Position numbers and translations under genes: made by a program. A DNA stretch of 64,000 nucleotides, taken from contig NC_134031.1 of assembly GCF_964204645.1 (NCBI RefSeq), positions 18,421,910-18,485,909 on the forward strand, in the 5' to 3' direction. The notes under the pieces are model-generated. The model did not search any database and had not been told where the DNA came from. It saw only the letters and a program-made list of their open reading frames with translations. Origin of the DNA: Tubulanus polymorphus. Lineage: Eukaryota; Animalia; Nemertea. This document shows positions 38,964-52,287 of this stretch, piece by piece. Each line of letters opens with the position of its first letter. Within the stretch, counting starts at the first letter, position 1.

Positions 38964-39595
38964 GTTTAATCTGACCCTGGACCCAGTTCCACTGCAGTGT
39001 AGGTTTAGACTCTGAATCCAGTTCCACAGGTTGTGTATAGATTTAATCTGACCCTGGACCCAGTTCCACTGCAGTGTAGGTTTAGACTCTGAATCCACTT
39101 CCACAGGTTGTGTATAGATTCAATCTGACCCTGGACCCAGTTCCACTGCAGTGTAGGTTTAGACTCTGAATCCACTTCCACAGGTTGTGTATAGATTTAA
39201 TCTGACCCTGGAACCAGTTCCACTGCAGTGTAGGTTTAGACTCTGAATCCAGTTCCACAGGTTGTGTATAGATTTAATCTGACCCTGGAACCAGTCCACT
39301 GCAGCGTAGGTTCAGACTCTGAATCCACTTCCACAGGTTGTGTATAGATTTAATCTGACCCTGGAACCAGTCCACTGCAGTTGTGCAGGTTTCATTTGTC
39401 TATGGACTCTCAGTTCCACTGCAGTGTAGGTTTAGACTCTGGATCTAGTTCCACAGTTGAGTGGGTTTAATTTGACTCCGGACCCACTTCCACTGTTTTG
39501 TTGGTTTAATATAACTCTGGATCCAGATCCACGTTTGGGTTTTTCTTAACTCTGCGTCCAGTTCCACAGTTGCGTGGGTTTGACCCAACTCTGGA
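38964..39595 (+). repeat. 77-bp heterodimeric tandem array of MITE-A terminus motif, decaying to ~39-bp monomers
   Basis: TTTAATCTGACCCTGGACCCAGTTCCACTGCAGTGTAGG plus TTTAGACTCTGAATCCAGTTCCACAGGTTGTGTATAGA; unit starts at 38965, 39042, 39119 (period 77). Confidence 0.96.
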
Positions 39596-40267
39596 ATACA
39601 AGAATTTCCCAACAAATGCCCTATATACGTGTATATTTCTAGTTCTAGCCACCGATGTATGGTGGCGCGGTGTGATGGCCGCAATTCAAATCTAATCAAC
39701 AACATTCGATTTCGTTGTCATCAAAACGACGTCTTTTAACGTGTTGTGATTAGATCAAAACGTGCTCAACGGTGATTGCAAAAGATCAGCATCTACTCGA
39801 GAATCGCCGCTCACAAAACAACAAACTACATTTACACAGGATTTCATGCGCAAATTATGTTGAAATATTTCCCCATCACCAAAACGCATTATATAGAATT
39901 ATTTTGTCGTAGTAAGAAATACTCGCTTCCCGTCGCGAATCTGACACAATCCATGTTAATTTGTGTATAAGGTTACGATGATATCTGATTCAATCTGAAG
40001 TAGGTAAGCCCGCGTCAGACGTGTGTATGTTTTGACACAACCGTTAAAATCATCTTCATTGCTTTTTTCGATTTCCTCTTGAAAACGACGAACGATTTTC
40101 GATAATTTTCCCCTCGCAGATTCTGTGACCGCGGCCGCGTGCGATCCGATTCACGCGAACATATTTCGATTGGTTATTTTCCGTTGCCCGAGGCGACCCA
40201 CGTGGATTGGGTCGCAATCGGATTTTTCAGAGGCACTAATTATAACAGCGGCTAATAAATCTATAAC

Positions 40268-40427
40268 GCCGCCCAAACGCACACGATGTTGAGAAACGCT
40301 CGAAAACAGGGAAACATTTCCGAGCGCGTCCCAGTGTTGTGTGCGCATTTTACGACAAACGAGAAACATGGTTTCGGGAAACAACTTCGCCTGTTTTTGC
40401 GTTTCGCCGCGTCGTGTCGGGTGGTCT
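40268..40427. mobile_element. MITE family E copy
   Basis: Core AAACAGGGAAACAT.TTTCCGAGCGC.TCC..GTGTTG.GTGCG..TTACGA.AA.CGAGAAACA.GGTT shared with 55483-55560; imperfect inverted ends flanked by TAA/TTA. Confidence 0.65.
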
Positions 40428-43400
40428 TAAACGACGAGGCAAAAATCTAGCTACTAAAATCGTATAGATACAATCGAAGGACGAGTCGAGCCCAACGCAA
40501 ACAACGTGCGGAAACACGGAAACTGATGTAGTCTATATTCGATCGTCTGAAACTTCACTAAGATGTACTGTACAAGTTCGTTTAGAGGGGACGTCGTCGA
40601 TCTCTGTTGATACGACGACTTCCAGCACTGCGTGAATCTGTAAACCTGGTATTTATGGTAATTCGTTCAATATAGGCCTACCTAATTACTTTTCGAACAT
40701 GCGAAATGCGCATATACCCCAATTTTTCACAGTTAACCCAACTATTCACAGATTTGATAAATTACTTAATTCAAACGATAGAAATGTGTTATGAAAACTT
40801 GCAGTGTATGTTGAGATATTGCACAGGAGTATGTAAACTTATATTTCCATGTATTTACTTTAGTTTTTGTGCTCGAAAAATCATCTATAATTTGGAGCAA
40901 TAAAGAATAATCTAATCTAACCTCTAATTGCTCTTAATGAGACCGGTAAAATTGTCAGAATGAACGTTGCCCAAATAAACTATGATACAACAGATAGTAT
41001 AAGAGTAAAATCTATAACTCAGAACTCGAAATATTGAATACGCTTCAGGAGCTGTTCTGAGCTGAGGTCATATTCAAAGTGATTTAGCCTCGGACGATTC
41101 GAAATAACCGATTGTATATGAATCTAACGATTATCGAACGTGAAGACGAAAAGAAAACTGCATTCGATTTGAGATGAGAAGTTTTCGGATATCCTCACGG
41201 GTATCATTGCTGTTTAGTTAACACCACCAGCCGTTAGAAAAAGTAAACATGTGACGAATTTCACACAAAATAGGGCGCACCAAGACACACGCCGTAAGTC
41301 TCAGCGGTAACTCGTTTTAATTAAAATCAATAGCTATACTTTCTTTGACAGTAAACCCACGGGCGGCGGCGAGCTAAACCCTTCCTTCCTTTCTTCTTTG
41401 TGGAGTAATGGCTTAACTTACCTTACGTTCTCAGCGCGGTATAAAAGACACAAATCCGCCATTTTCTGAGAAATTCGTCTGCTTGCGCTTAATATTCTGT
41501 CGCTTAAAGGCGTAACTGAAATATCTTCATAAATCGTTAATTGGTCGAATTGATTTACACATCTTTCCCCGGACAAAATAATTTCCATTCAAGCGCCTTC
41601 TTTTCAGAGCAGTGACAAAGTCTTGACAGAGTTCAAAGCCCGATATATCACATCACCGAGAGGTGGATCATCAAGGAACACCAATCTACTAATGTGGCCG
41701 TCACTGTTTGCTAAGTCTAGAACAGTACCCAGTTCACAAATGATGATGGTTAAGATTCGGCTCCCAGTTAAAACACCGGGAATGAACTATCGTAAACTTA
41801 ACCAACCTGTCCAGGAACACAGTCCACAGATCTTTCGTTACTTTTAGATTTTACTCAAAGTATCCCCTCTCCGACGGAAGTGGTGACAATTCGGCTTTGA
41901 TGATAAAAAGCAGAGTTGTTTGGACTAAAAACACACGGAAATCTTCAATAGCATCGAAAAGTTGTGAAACGAATTCTGATGAGAGCAGAATAAGACGTGG
42001 GCAAATTATCAAACAGACTTGTTTCGATGCGGAACGGATCCCCAAATGGCCTTGGCGAAGGTTTATATTCATTCGAATGTGTTTTCCAATTAATATCGTA
42101 ATCTCCACCGAGAGACAAGTTTGAGAAGTTGATCGAAATATCAAAGTATTAAACTTTGATACTTTGATATTTCGCTTGCAAAGCGATATCGTATGCGTGA
42201 CGTCTTGTCGAATAGAAACCAGCTTAAAAAACTCGCTTTTCATATCACTTCCGTGTATCGCAATGATAACGACCTTGACATTGTAAAAACATAACGACGA
42301 TACCCGAAAGATTAAAAGGTTGACGGGAAAAAATTATAATCCGTGCGCCTGATTGTTGCGCCGCTACCATGGAAACGATATATGTGATACCGGTGCGCGT
42401 TGTACGTATCAAGCGTTACTCATCCTGTTTTAGTCGAATGAAAGGAAGTTAATACTATGTCGAAGTAAATGGCATTATAGTTAATTCGATCAAACCAATC
42501 CGGCCTCAGGGTTCCGTATGATAACGATGCCTTCTAAAAAAAAAAAATCGAAACCATTGATATGGTGGATTATAATCAAATCTATCAGGGTTAAATCTTC
42601 AAAGGCGAAATTTTCAAAATTAGAAAAATTGCAAGCTTTTGAATACGTTTTCGGCCTTTATATACACGCGGATGGCATTGAGTGCCACGTTTTAAATATC
42701 TACGGTACTTCCGGTATCCATTAAAATGCTCCCATCGCATTGTTTCCGGTCTCTAAATCTCTCATCTGTATCGCATCGAAATAAGGATCATTTACTTATA
42801 TTTCATTCAGCGTATTTAACGATGTTGTCTAAAACATTTTCAAATGCTGTTTACCCCTCGCCGCCCACAGCCGCCATTAATCGGATCACGTCGGTGAAAT
42901 GAAAACGCGGATTATGGACTGGCATGCGGACTCGCCGTCGTCGTAAACAAATTGATCGTTAGCGATTCGATTTAAGTCTTTACTTCGGCGAAACTTCGGT
43001 GTTAGATTCTCGTTTATTTGTATTTTGCAGTAAGTTGCGTCTGTTATTGACGTTGTTCGCGCAGACGATTATCCGGAGATTATCCGTGTCAATTACCCGG
43101 CATGCAACGGACGCGCGCGCGCGCAGAAAATATCGATCGCCCGACCGCGATAAAAACTAGACGCGAAGTGAGAGATTACTCGACGAACCGGCGGCGAGAT
43201 AGATGTGGATGAATAAAGACCAACTTATAGCATCATCGATGTCGACTTCTCTATCTATCTGCATCAGTGCATCGTCTGGAATAGCGAACGATGACCGCGA
43301 TGATTCTAAAAGAAGTACCCCGTAGCGTGCTAATACTCGTCGAGATCCGTCAGGCTCCGAATCGAGGTCGATGACGTCATCAAAACTATCCCCCAGGTTA

Positions 43401-44921
43401 CCTACGAGACGCAATAATCAAATTACCGAAGAAGAAAAGCAGTAGGAACAACGATGAGATTTTTACCGACTGGAAAAAAAAGAAATTTATAAAGATCAAA
43501 AGAATTAAGCCGGATATAGAAAAATGACAAGATCTTTAGCAATTAAAACACGCAGAAAACATGGGAGAACAAATAAACTAAATGCGGGTCTACTGGGTAT
43601 ACCCATAGAGTTCTATGGTATACCCGAAAACATGTCACTTGGAAACTTGGTATAAAAGAAAACTCACAGTAGATATTGAAAAGTTAGGTTACAGTTATAT
43701 TAAAATATAAGTCAGATGATAAACTTACTTACTTTTCAATATCCAGATCGGGTTTTTATTTCTTAAATCGCAAAGATTTAATCAAAAGTGAGATCAATGT
43801 CAGTCTACGACGACTTATGGATAACTTCATTAAGAGTTTATATGAATTCTTGCTTTCGGCGGTATATCAATGTTTTTACGGTGTAAGTTAGGTATATCAG
43901 TCAGATCACGGAACAATAATGAATATATGTACATTGTTAGACATCTTTTGTCAATATTGTGAGCCTTCAGTTTATTATCATTCCAACTCCATCCTTTCTG
44001 CCAGCAACGAAAGCTCCACCCTATTGGTCATTTCGTTAATATCGTTAACCTCCTTTCTCTGAATAACTAACAAATACACGACAAGCAAATTGATATGGAT
44101 GACGTATGTACATGAGTATATTACACAGAACAGGACGAGTTTCAATTGACCGAGATGACCAGCTCGCATTCATCACCTACCTATTCATATTAGTTATGTT
44201 TGTACATAGATGTTATTGATAATCCAATCAATAATGTGGAAAAATGATTCAAGGTAAATAAACGGCGCGATATATAGCAGTATGTCTGTTCTGGCAACGG
44301 ACGAGAGAGCTTCGTGCAATCGATTGAGTTCCCCGTCTGCCGAGAAAAGGCGAGAGCAGACGCTTAATCTTCCCGATGAAAGACGAAGAAAATCTCTTCT
44401 TTCCACGCGCAGACGATTTTTCTTATTTGTCGTATATTCATTGATCTATTAATCATAAAACTAAAATAACTACCGGTATCAGATATACGACTTACGACAT
44501 ACGATACAAAGGATGAAAAATGCGAAGAGAGAAGCAGCGGAGAAGGAGAGAGATTGTGTAGTCGGTTTTTCAAAAAAGAATTAGTTTAAAAGAAAAAAAT
44601 GTCTACTGAAAGGAAGGTATCTAATGATGAGGTTTATTTGAATAACGGGGTATGAATGAAGCGATTACGACGTCTCGATAATGAACACTGAACCAGAGAT
44701 ATGTGTATCCGATCAGTTCCCGAAACTTCGGAACTGATTGATTCATAATCTTTCCTTGACTTGAAGAAATCAATATACATGTAATCAAGAATGCGGAATT
44801 TGTGAATTCCTTTACAGTCGGCAGAATCTTTGACAAAAAGAAAAGTTTTTACTGCATATTTTATTCATTTTGGAATTAAGCAAAGAGAGATGAGAATATG
44901 AGCAGTTTAACCTATTTCCAA

Positions 44922-45105
44922 ATCTTCCTTTCACTTCTCCCTCTCTCTTCCTACCTCTCGCACCTCTTGCTTCTGATACTGTCTTGCCATCTTCCCTACC
45001 CTCTCCCTCCTCTCACGTTGGCCCTTGACCCCCTCTCCCCTGCCACCCCTTCCTCTAAATGTCACCCATCCCTCCCTCTCCCCTCCCTCTCTTTCCCCGA
45101 TCTCA
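44922..45105 (-). repeat. CT-rich pyrimidine tract
   Basis: Low-complexity C/T run. Confidence 0.85.
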
Positions 45106-45599
45106 CTCGCGCCACCGCGCGTGGATCGATCGTCGCCGGCAAAAACACCGACCGGAACCTCTACTGGAGAGATTCAGAGACGGCAGATGATTGATGAAGA
45201 TTCGCAAATAAAGATGCTTGAATCCGCGAAAATGTTATGACTACAAAAACAGCAATTTGTCTAAATTACCGCCTTCTGCAACACAACATAACCGAACACT
45301 GCGTGATGTAGGCGTCAAGTCCGAATAGCTGCAGGAAATATTTAGAAATCTGGGAAATTTTTTGAATGATTAAAAAAAAAACGGGTAATAATTTCTTGAA
45401 TCTTTTTTACTCTTAGCGCAAAAAATGACAGGACGCAAGATCACGTGGTTGAAAAAGTGTTTCAATTTCAGAGCTGATTGCTAAAAGAGTTGGTTTAAAA
45501 AAAAAAAACTAAAAGCAGCGATTGTCAATATAATGTGAGGGAATAGAAGAAGAACACAAACAAGACTACGGGTTAAAAATGTCTGCAACCCAATATCAG

Positions 45600-45760
45600 G
45601 GACCAGTTGCTTGGATTTGAAGGCAACTTAGTTCTATAACCAATCTCACCACTTAAGAGCAGTCTAAACTCTTACAATTCTATAGCCAATCTAATAACTT
45701 GAGTCTAGTTTTAAGATCTAAGACCGCTTTTGGACTTGAGCACGATTGTGCAATCGGGTC
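45600..45760 (+). mobile_element. MITE family B copy with both termini
   Basis: CAG|GGACCAGTTGC ... two TTCTATARCCAATCT subrepeats ... GGACTTGAGCACGATTGTGCAATCGGGTC|CTG. Confidence 0.8.
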
Positions 45761-47012
45761 CTGCTTCCAATGTTCCTGATTAAGATTTGATTCTAACATT
45801 TTTGTTCATTACCAATGTTTTTCACTTTGAACCATAGTTGAGTCAAATTCACCCTCGAACTATACGTAACTAGGTCCCGGGTATTGTCATATTAGGATAA
45901 GCTCTACGAATATGTAAAATCCAAATCTTTTTAGTTGCCCCTGGCAGCTGGCGCTCCTTGCATTCTATCAAACGCACCTTCAAGTTAAGCTTCATATTCA
46001 AAATCGACGATAAATTATCCCGAAATTTCTAAGCACTCCTAACTTGCTCGATGAGCCGGATACCACGAGTCAAACCGTGGGCTACATGTTCTAAAAATAA
46101 TGTTCTTATCACATCGGGGATAATCCTTATCCGAGATTGAGTTTGAAATGTTGGACCAATTTAAGAATGGCTGTCGTTATCATATTCAGAAAAACGTAAA
46201 TCAAACCTCAGAATTCTTGCAGCTTGGAAATATCAAAAAGTCCAAGAATCGAGGCCCAAAAATTCTTATATATATACTTACTATAAACTTATCACATTAA
46301 ACATTTATAACATCGGATGGCTCCGATAATGCAACATGAATTGCTCCGATGATTTCAAATAATTAGCAGCACTTCGCTGACGAAGTTTTCAAGGACGTTA
46401 CTAAGTCGTTAGTCACCATAATCGTTCAATCTCGGAGGAGAAGTTTCACCCAGACTAGAGAAACACTGCACCTGCGTGAGATACACTCTTAATCGAAATA
46501 AATATGGCCATCCGTGGTGACAATTCCCCGAATATCTGGGAAAGAACTTGTTTTCAGCTGGTGGTTTGTGCTTGAATTATTGATGCTGTCGCCAGGATGC
46601 ACCGAGGCCAGTGCGCGCTGTCAATCTCACCAGACAAATTCCTTTATAACGACTTCGAATCGAAGATTTCGGTAATGACCGTTAGTTCCCATCGTGTCTG
46701 CGTATAGATATATACATACCAATCCGGCAGATACACGGACACACTTTCTTAAATCAAGATTGATGTCTCCGGCCATGTAAGAATAAAAAAACGATTCGAT
46801 GCCCAGGTTTGTGTGGGCAACCGATCCCATTACGATCAATGTCTAGCGACTGATCTTCAGCTGCGAGAATGAGCTGATTTTTTAAGTGTTGGAATCAATA
46901 GGTCTCTCAGCGATGAATCAAACACATATCGTGATCTGGAAATGGATTTCACGCGGCTTTTCGCTGAAGAAAGGAGCGCTTTGATAAAACACCAGTTGCT
47001 GAAATGATTTTA

Positions 47013-47121
47013 CAGTAGACTCCCTCGGGACCGATGAATTCTCTTATATCTGATATAAAAATCGATAGTTCCGCATCCTCAATATTTTGGCCCACGTGTG
47101 ACCTAAATAAGGTGTCTACTG
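47013..47121. mobile_element. Tc1/mariner-pogo-type MITE (family F), deleted copy
   Basis: TA|CAGTAGACTCC...TCGGGACCGA ... GTCTACTG; the internal TCGGGACCGA is shared with 49949-50118. Confidence 0.65.
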
Positions 47122-48089
47122 GTTCTACTCCAAATATTTGGCTAAATACACAAGTACCATCCGTTAATGAATAGACTATCGTGAAGTCACCATTTACAAT
47201 CTGTTTCTTGCTTCGATCGTCACGATATTTATCAATACACGAACGATAATCAATTCGCGTTCAAATTCAATTTATTCGCTATCTTTCTCGCGCTTGGCTG
47301 ACGAGCAATTAATGCGAGTCTCTTTAATAGAATCAACCGCACAGTAAGTAACCAGTTTAACTCACCAGATGAGATGCCACAGATACCCGCTGAACCTGTC
47401 ATCGGCCTTCAATCTCGGACAATACATTAACGTCGCTATTCACCGCAAGAACGTCTCAACAGTGACAACTGCTACATGTTTAAATGCGCCATTAATGATA
47501 CATTAACTGAAATGAATGCCGCTCAGATTCGCCACGATCTAAAATACTCCAGCATTTGGCCAAACGATGAGCTTCATAAACAAACGTACTTTCGTGCATA
47601 ACAAAGACTATTAGTCTCTCTGAACGATACTCAACGTTTGAAATTTCCCAGAGGTTTTGAGGTCAACTGTCGGCCCGTTTCACAATGTAATGACGGTGGC
47701 ATTTCATTATAAAAGACAGTCATGACTTAAGTTCAAAAGTCATTGGTGGATTATTAAACTGACTGAGAACTAAATTGGTCTGAGACTGGTCTAGGCCATG
47801 GCTATGAAACTTGCCGACCCTATAGCTTATCATTGTCCCGAGCAAAAAAAAGATGAAGGTTTTTTCCTACATTTGCTGGCATTCTGGCCGGCCATTTTCA
47901 ATCTGTCAGTGGTTGAGGGCGGTTAAGTTGGAGTTGAAAGCCTGATAAATGGAGCACAGATTTATGGCGATGTCCTATCTCAGGTAAAAGTCACGATTGC
48001 GCAAATGGGGTCGTCATTTATCCCTATTATTGATGGAGAATGAATTTGATGAGAACAAAAACAGAGATAAGAGTCTCAGCAAAACAGAG

Positions 48090-48142
48090 TGGAGAGAGAG
48101 AGGAGAGAGAGAGAGAGAGAAAGAGAGAGGGAGAGAGAGGGA
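48090..48142 (+). repeat. (AG)n microsatellite
   Basis: Directly visible. Confidence 0.9.
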
Positions 48143-49948
48143 GGCACTTGGCGCTCAAAGAGTGAAGAGTGATGAGCTGATGAGAGTAAAGTGCTGATGG
48201 AATTCTCTTTCTAAAGTGCAGTTAAGCACGCTAGAAGATCGATTCACAAAATCAATCACCATTTTGTAAAATAGATTAGAGCTTTTTAGATAGTGGGGAA
48301 CTAAGAATGAAGACCGCTCCCACTGTGTTTGCTGAATTAAAGTTGGCTCTGATCCTGTTTCCTTGTGCAGTGTGTGTTGGGCTCTGTTGCTACCTGGGGC
48401 CAGTTGCCCAAAAGTCAACTGATGGACTAGTGTACCATAGAGTCACAATGCAATTTCAATTGTCACTCCACAGGATGACATAATCCTACTTTTGAGCCGT
48501 CTATTTCCTAGTTCCGGAGAAGTATTAATTTTCTGTCATGTTAATTTTCGTCGTTTTGCCGTCGATACTGAACGGAAATGAACATCGAGACAGACGCTCC
48601 ATCTCTTATGTAAAAGCAAGTAGCCAACCAGAAAATCGAATGCTCAATTCGGAATACGTGATATGATCAGCCGAGACTCCTCACATATACACCAATACAT
48701 ACATCCCTCAATATGAGCGCAAAGGATAAATATTCAGACCGTAAGAATTGCCTCATTCGCCCGATTGATCTGTTTCATAAAGATAATTCCCGCACTGTTG
48801 ATATTCATATTTATTGGTATTGTATGAAAAAAAAACAGAACTCAGTTCCTCAGTTGTGAGAGTTATGTTAAATTGCGGTTAGAATTTAAAAATTCATTAA
48901 TTCCGCTAATAATTGATAAAAACTGTTGAATTTAGTGCCAGTTATTATGATATAGCAACTCGTTGCTTTGTCTAGAATTGTAGTTCTGAAACATGGTCTT
49001 ACTGCAGTTACCTTTTCATTTGAGGCGCAAGTGCTAGAATAACGTTATGGTTAAGTACCGTACATAACCATTAAGGACACCTAAACTGCATTTGCTCCGT
49101 TAGCCTTTGTATAGAATTGCATTTTTGAAACACGTGAGGTAGCATTTACTCTTTGAATTGAAACGTCAATACTCTCGAAGTTTTGAAACTACTTTCTCAT
49201 ATTTCTTCGTATTTACGGTTTTTTTTTCTTTCAAAATCAATGCTTATGTCATTCGTCGAGTTTTATGAAATTCAAAAGCAAAATCTTGTTTTCGACTTTC
49301 GTATCATATTTTTCTACGTGGTTTTCGCCGATGTTGAATTTCATCCGATATCTCGTCGGCGGCAACGAACGAAAAAAATCCAATATTCGAATTCTAGATC
49401 ATTGTGTTCTCTGATTAAAACCGCGATTCTGAAATTACGCGCACGCGCAGAGATAGCGGAAGGGAGGAAGAAATTGCGATGAAGCCGCGCCGCAGCATTA
49501 AAAATAGTAGTTATGAATTTATTCGAGAACAGACCGAAAAGATAAATTCAGAACGCCAGCGGAACATCGCACAAACGAGTGTAGATTATTAGCATCAGGT
49601 TGCGAAGCGCGGCGGCTCGCAATCTTCGACGAATGATCTATTAACAGTAGCTGGGAGAGTCGGTGCTTCCCTTCCTCTCCAGCACGCCGGAGCCTACGGG
49701 GAAATCTAAATTGCTAAATGAGAACCGAAATCTCGGCGAAAACTGCTGCTTAACAAACGGCGGCGTTTGAAATTAAAACGTGAAGCGACGACGAAGACGC
49801 GCGATCAAGCAACAAATTCATAGCATCGCTTGTATTTATTAGTGAAAAACCGTGTTAAAACTCTCCAGCCCCGAGACCTAAACGTGTTTAGCTCAAAAAC
49901 ATTTGTTCTATTTACGTATCTTTGACTTTTATCCAAGATCATTGTATA

Positions 49949-50118
49949 CGGCAGATTGCGCTCAAGTCGGATCATTCGGGACCGAAGTAAACTCTACGAA
50001 TCGAGCGATATCCGAGTTGGATGTTATATGTTTCATGGTGTAACAAAAATATATCAACAACATCCGAGTTGAACGGTAAATCCGAGTCGATAAGATCCGA
50101 CTCGGGCGGAGTCTACTG
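49949..50118. mobile_element. Tc1/mariner-pogo-type MITE (family F), 170 bp, TA target duplication
   Basis: TA|CGGCAGATTGCGCTCAAGTCGGATC ... GATCCGACTCGGGCGGAGTCTACTG|TA (25-bp imperfect TIR); internal ATCCGAGT repeats. Confidence 0.85.
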
Positions 50119-50886
50119 TAATACGTTGACAATTTCTATTTGTGTCAAAGAACCTAGACTGCATCAAATTCCTTGTAAATAAACCGATTTTGCCAAGAAC
50201 CTCGTTTATCTACGTCTGGTTTTTTAACCGGAAGTACGGCACGACGGTTTATTTTTTCAGGACGATTTTGAGCTCGTGAAACATGAAAAATTACCAGGCT
50301 AAATTATGATGCACACGATCCACCGTCACGGATTCACTCCCCACCGCCGCCTTGGGTTATAAAAACCTGCCTACACAGGCAGTCAGTCACTGGTGATGCG
50401 TCGACGCCTTGCTCGTCGTCGGTGGCGGCAGAAAAAGTGCTTTAATGGATGTTCACTTGGTTGTGAAGAGGATTGGAGGCAAAACTCTTGGTGATAGCAC
50501 GACTGCAAACAACCTGCGCAAAGGTCGCTCAGTGTCAACAAAGCTAAGGCAACTTGTAACACTTCTCTAAATCAAACTTCTATCTTCGCTTATATAATAT
50601 GACATGAAACGAGTGATGTATCAATTAAGAACATGATAAAGATGAAAGTATGACATGGCTTTGAAATAATATACTTTGATCAGATCTAGACACATTTAAA
50701 TATTGAACTCAAGCTACCGTGATGCAACGCGTGCAACGGTTTCCAACATGGCTACCTCAAAAGTATCGCTCAGATGTAAACGCTTTTGAGAAGGATTGTA
50801 ATGGAAAATAACCTATTTTTTCTCATATAAAATACTGGGGTTATATTAATACATATCTCACGATTTTGTTGTACCGGTAACTTAAT

Positions 50887-50932
50887 TATTCGTGAAGATG
50901 ACTTTTAGAATAAAGTCGAAACGTTTCGGATA
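50887..50932 (+). ncRNA. Minimal type I hammerhead motif with a single core substitution (C3 to G)
   Basis: TATTC-GTGAAGA-T-GACTTT-TAGAAT-AAAGTC-GAAACGTTTC-GGATA: stem I TATTC/GGATA, 6-bp stem II, palindromic stem III. Confidence 0.62.
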
Positions 50933-51412
50933 CTGTTAATTTTTGGCGTAGAGGATTCTTTCAACGTAGACAAAGTGTTTCATCGATGGCCATCAAACCC
51001 AAAACTGTCACCTTCTCCCGGTCAAACACACGATAACTATCGCACTGAGCCGGTTTTATAACGATTTGTTACGATGTTGTTATTGTTTTTTTTTTTCAAT
51101 GCAATATTTATCGCATTAAGCCATTACGTGAGATTGTAGTAGTTTTTGTGATATAGAGCAATAATTTGTCGGAACGAGTGATACTATGAAGTACTCAATA
51201 AAATACCCGATAGTCTCTATAAATGTTCAGCTTGGATAAACTAATAAACCGATATAAGCTACTAATCGACGATTAAAACTTTGACATAAAACTCCCTCTT
51301 CCGATACGTAGATATAGAATTACACGAATCAAGGGTCCTAGACCCGATTCTTTGAGAAGGTGATACTTTAAAATACAAAATTCAGGGACATAGAGTCAAT
51401 TTTCACACTCGG

Positions 51413-51705
51413 AAACCAGTTCTACAGTTGCGTGTGGTTTAATATGACTTCGGACCCGGTTCCACAGAGGTTAGTTGTGTGGGGGTTTTTATTCGGCTCT
51501 GAATCCAGTTCCACAGTTATGTCGGTTCAGTTTGTCTCGTGGGATCCAGTTCCGCAGTTGTGTGGGGTTGATTTGTCTCCGATCCAGTTCCATACACAGT
51601 CGTGTAAGTTAAATTTGACTCTGAACCCAGTTCCACAGTTGTTAGAGTCTAATTTGTTTCCGGATCCAGTTCTACAGTTATGTGGGTTTATATGACTCCA
51701 CAGTT
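51413..51705 (+). repeat. Degenerate ~39-42 bp array of MITE-A terminus motif
   Basis: About 7 copies of GGAYCCAGTTCCACAGTTGTGTGG...TT.A.TTGACTC. Confidence 0.9.
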
Positions 51706-52122
51706 AGTCACGAGCTATTCGTAATTAGGTATATATCTTCAGTGTAGTCAATATTATATGTAATTTAAATCCTCAAATGACATCATTACGAGGCTGATTT
51801 GATCTCACTGAAGAGAGAGAAGCTCAAACTAATCTATATTGCACTAAGTCCACACATCGAGTTAAACCATCGATGTGAACGGAGCCAGCTTCGCTAGCCG
51901 CAATATAAACTCGATTTGTGTAATCCGTTTCTAAGAGTATTGAATATCGGTGATAGACGAGTTATAATTGGATAATTATCGTTTGCTAGCAGCGCATGAT
52001 TAATTATGTAACTAGACGTCCATCAGTTTTCATCGATATTTGATACGAATGTGGCTTTTAATGATGTTAGTTATAAACACTCAAGTAGTAGTGATATAAT
52101 GCACTCTGTGGGCTTTAAGTTC

Positions 52123-52287
52123 GGGGCTGCTTGCACAGTCGTGACTCAAGTCCAAAACCGGTCTTAAATCTTAAGAATGGTCTTGAATTGTTAGATTGGT
52201 TATAGTACCGAATGAACTTAGAATAGTTTTTAGTTGTAAGAATGACTGCAGAACTATGGTGGTCTTAAATCGATCTATATCTAAGCC
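52123..52287 (-). mobile_element. MITE family B copy
   Basis: TTGCACAGTCGTGACTCAAGTCCAAAACCGGTCTTAAATCTTAA is the reverse complement of 45712-45753. Confidence 0.82.
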
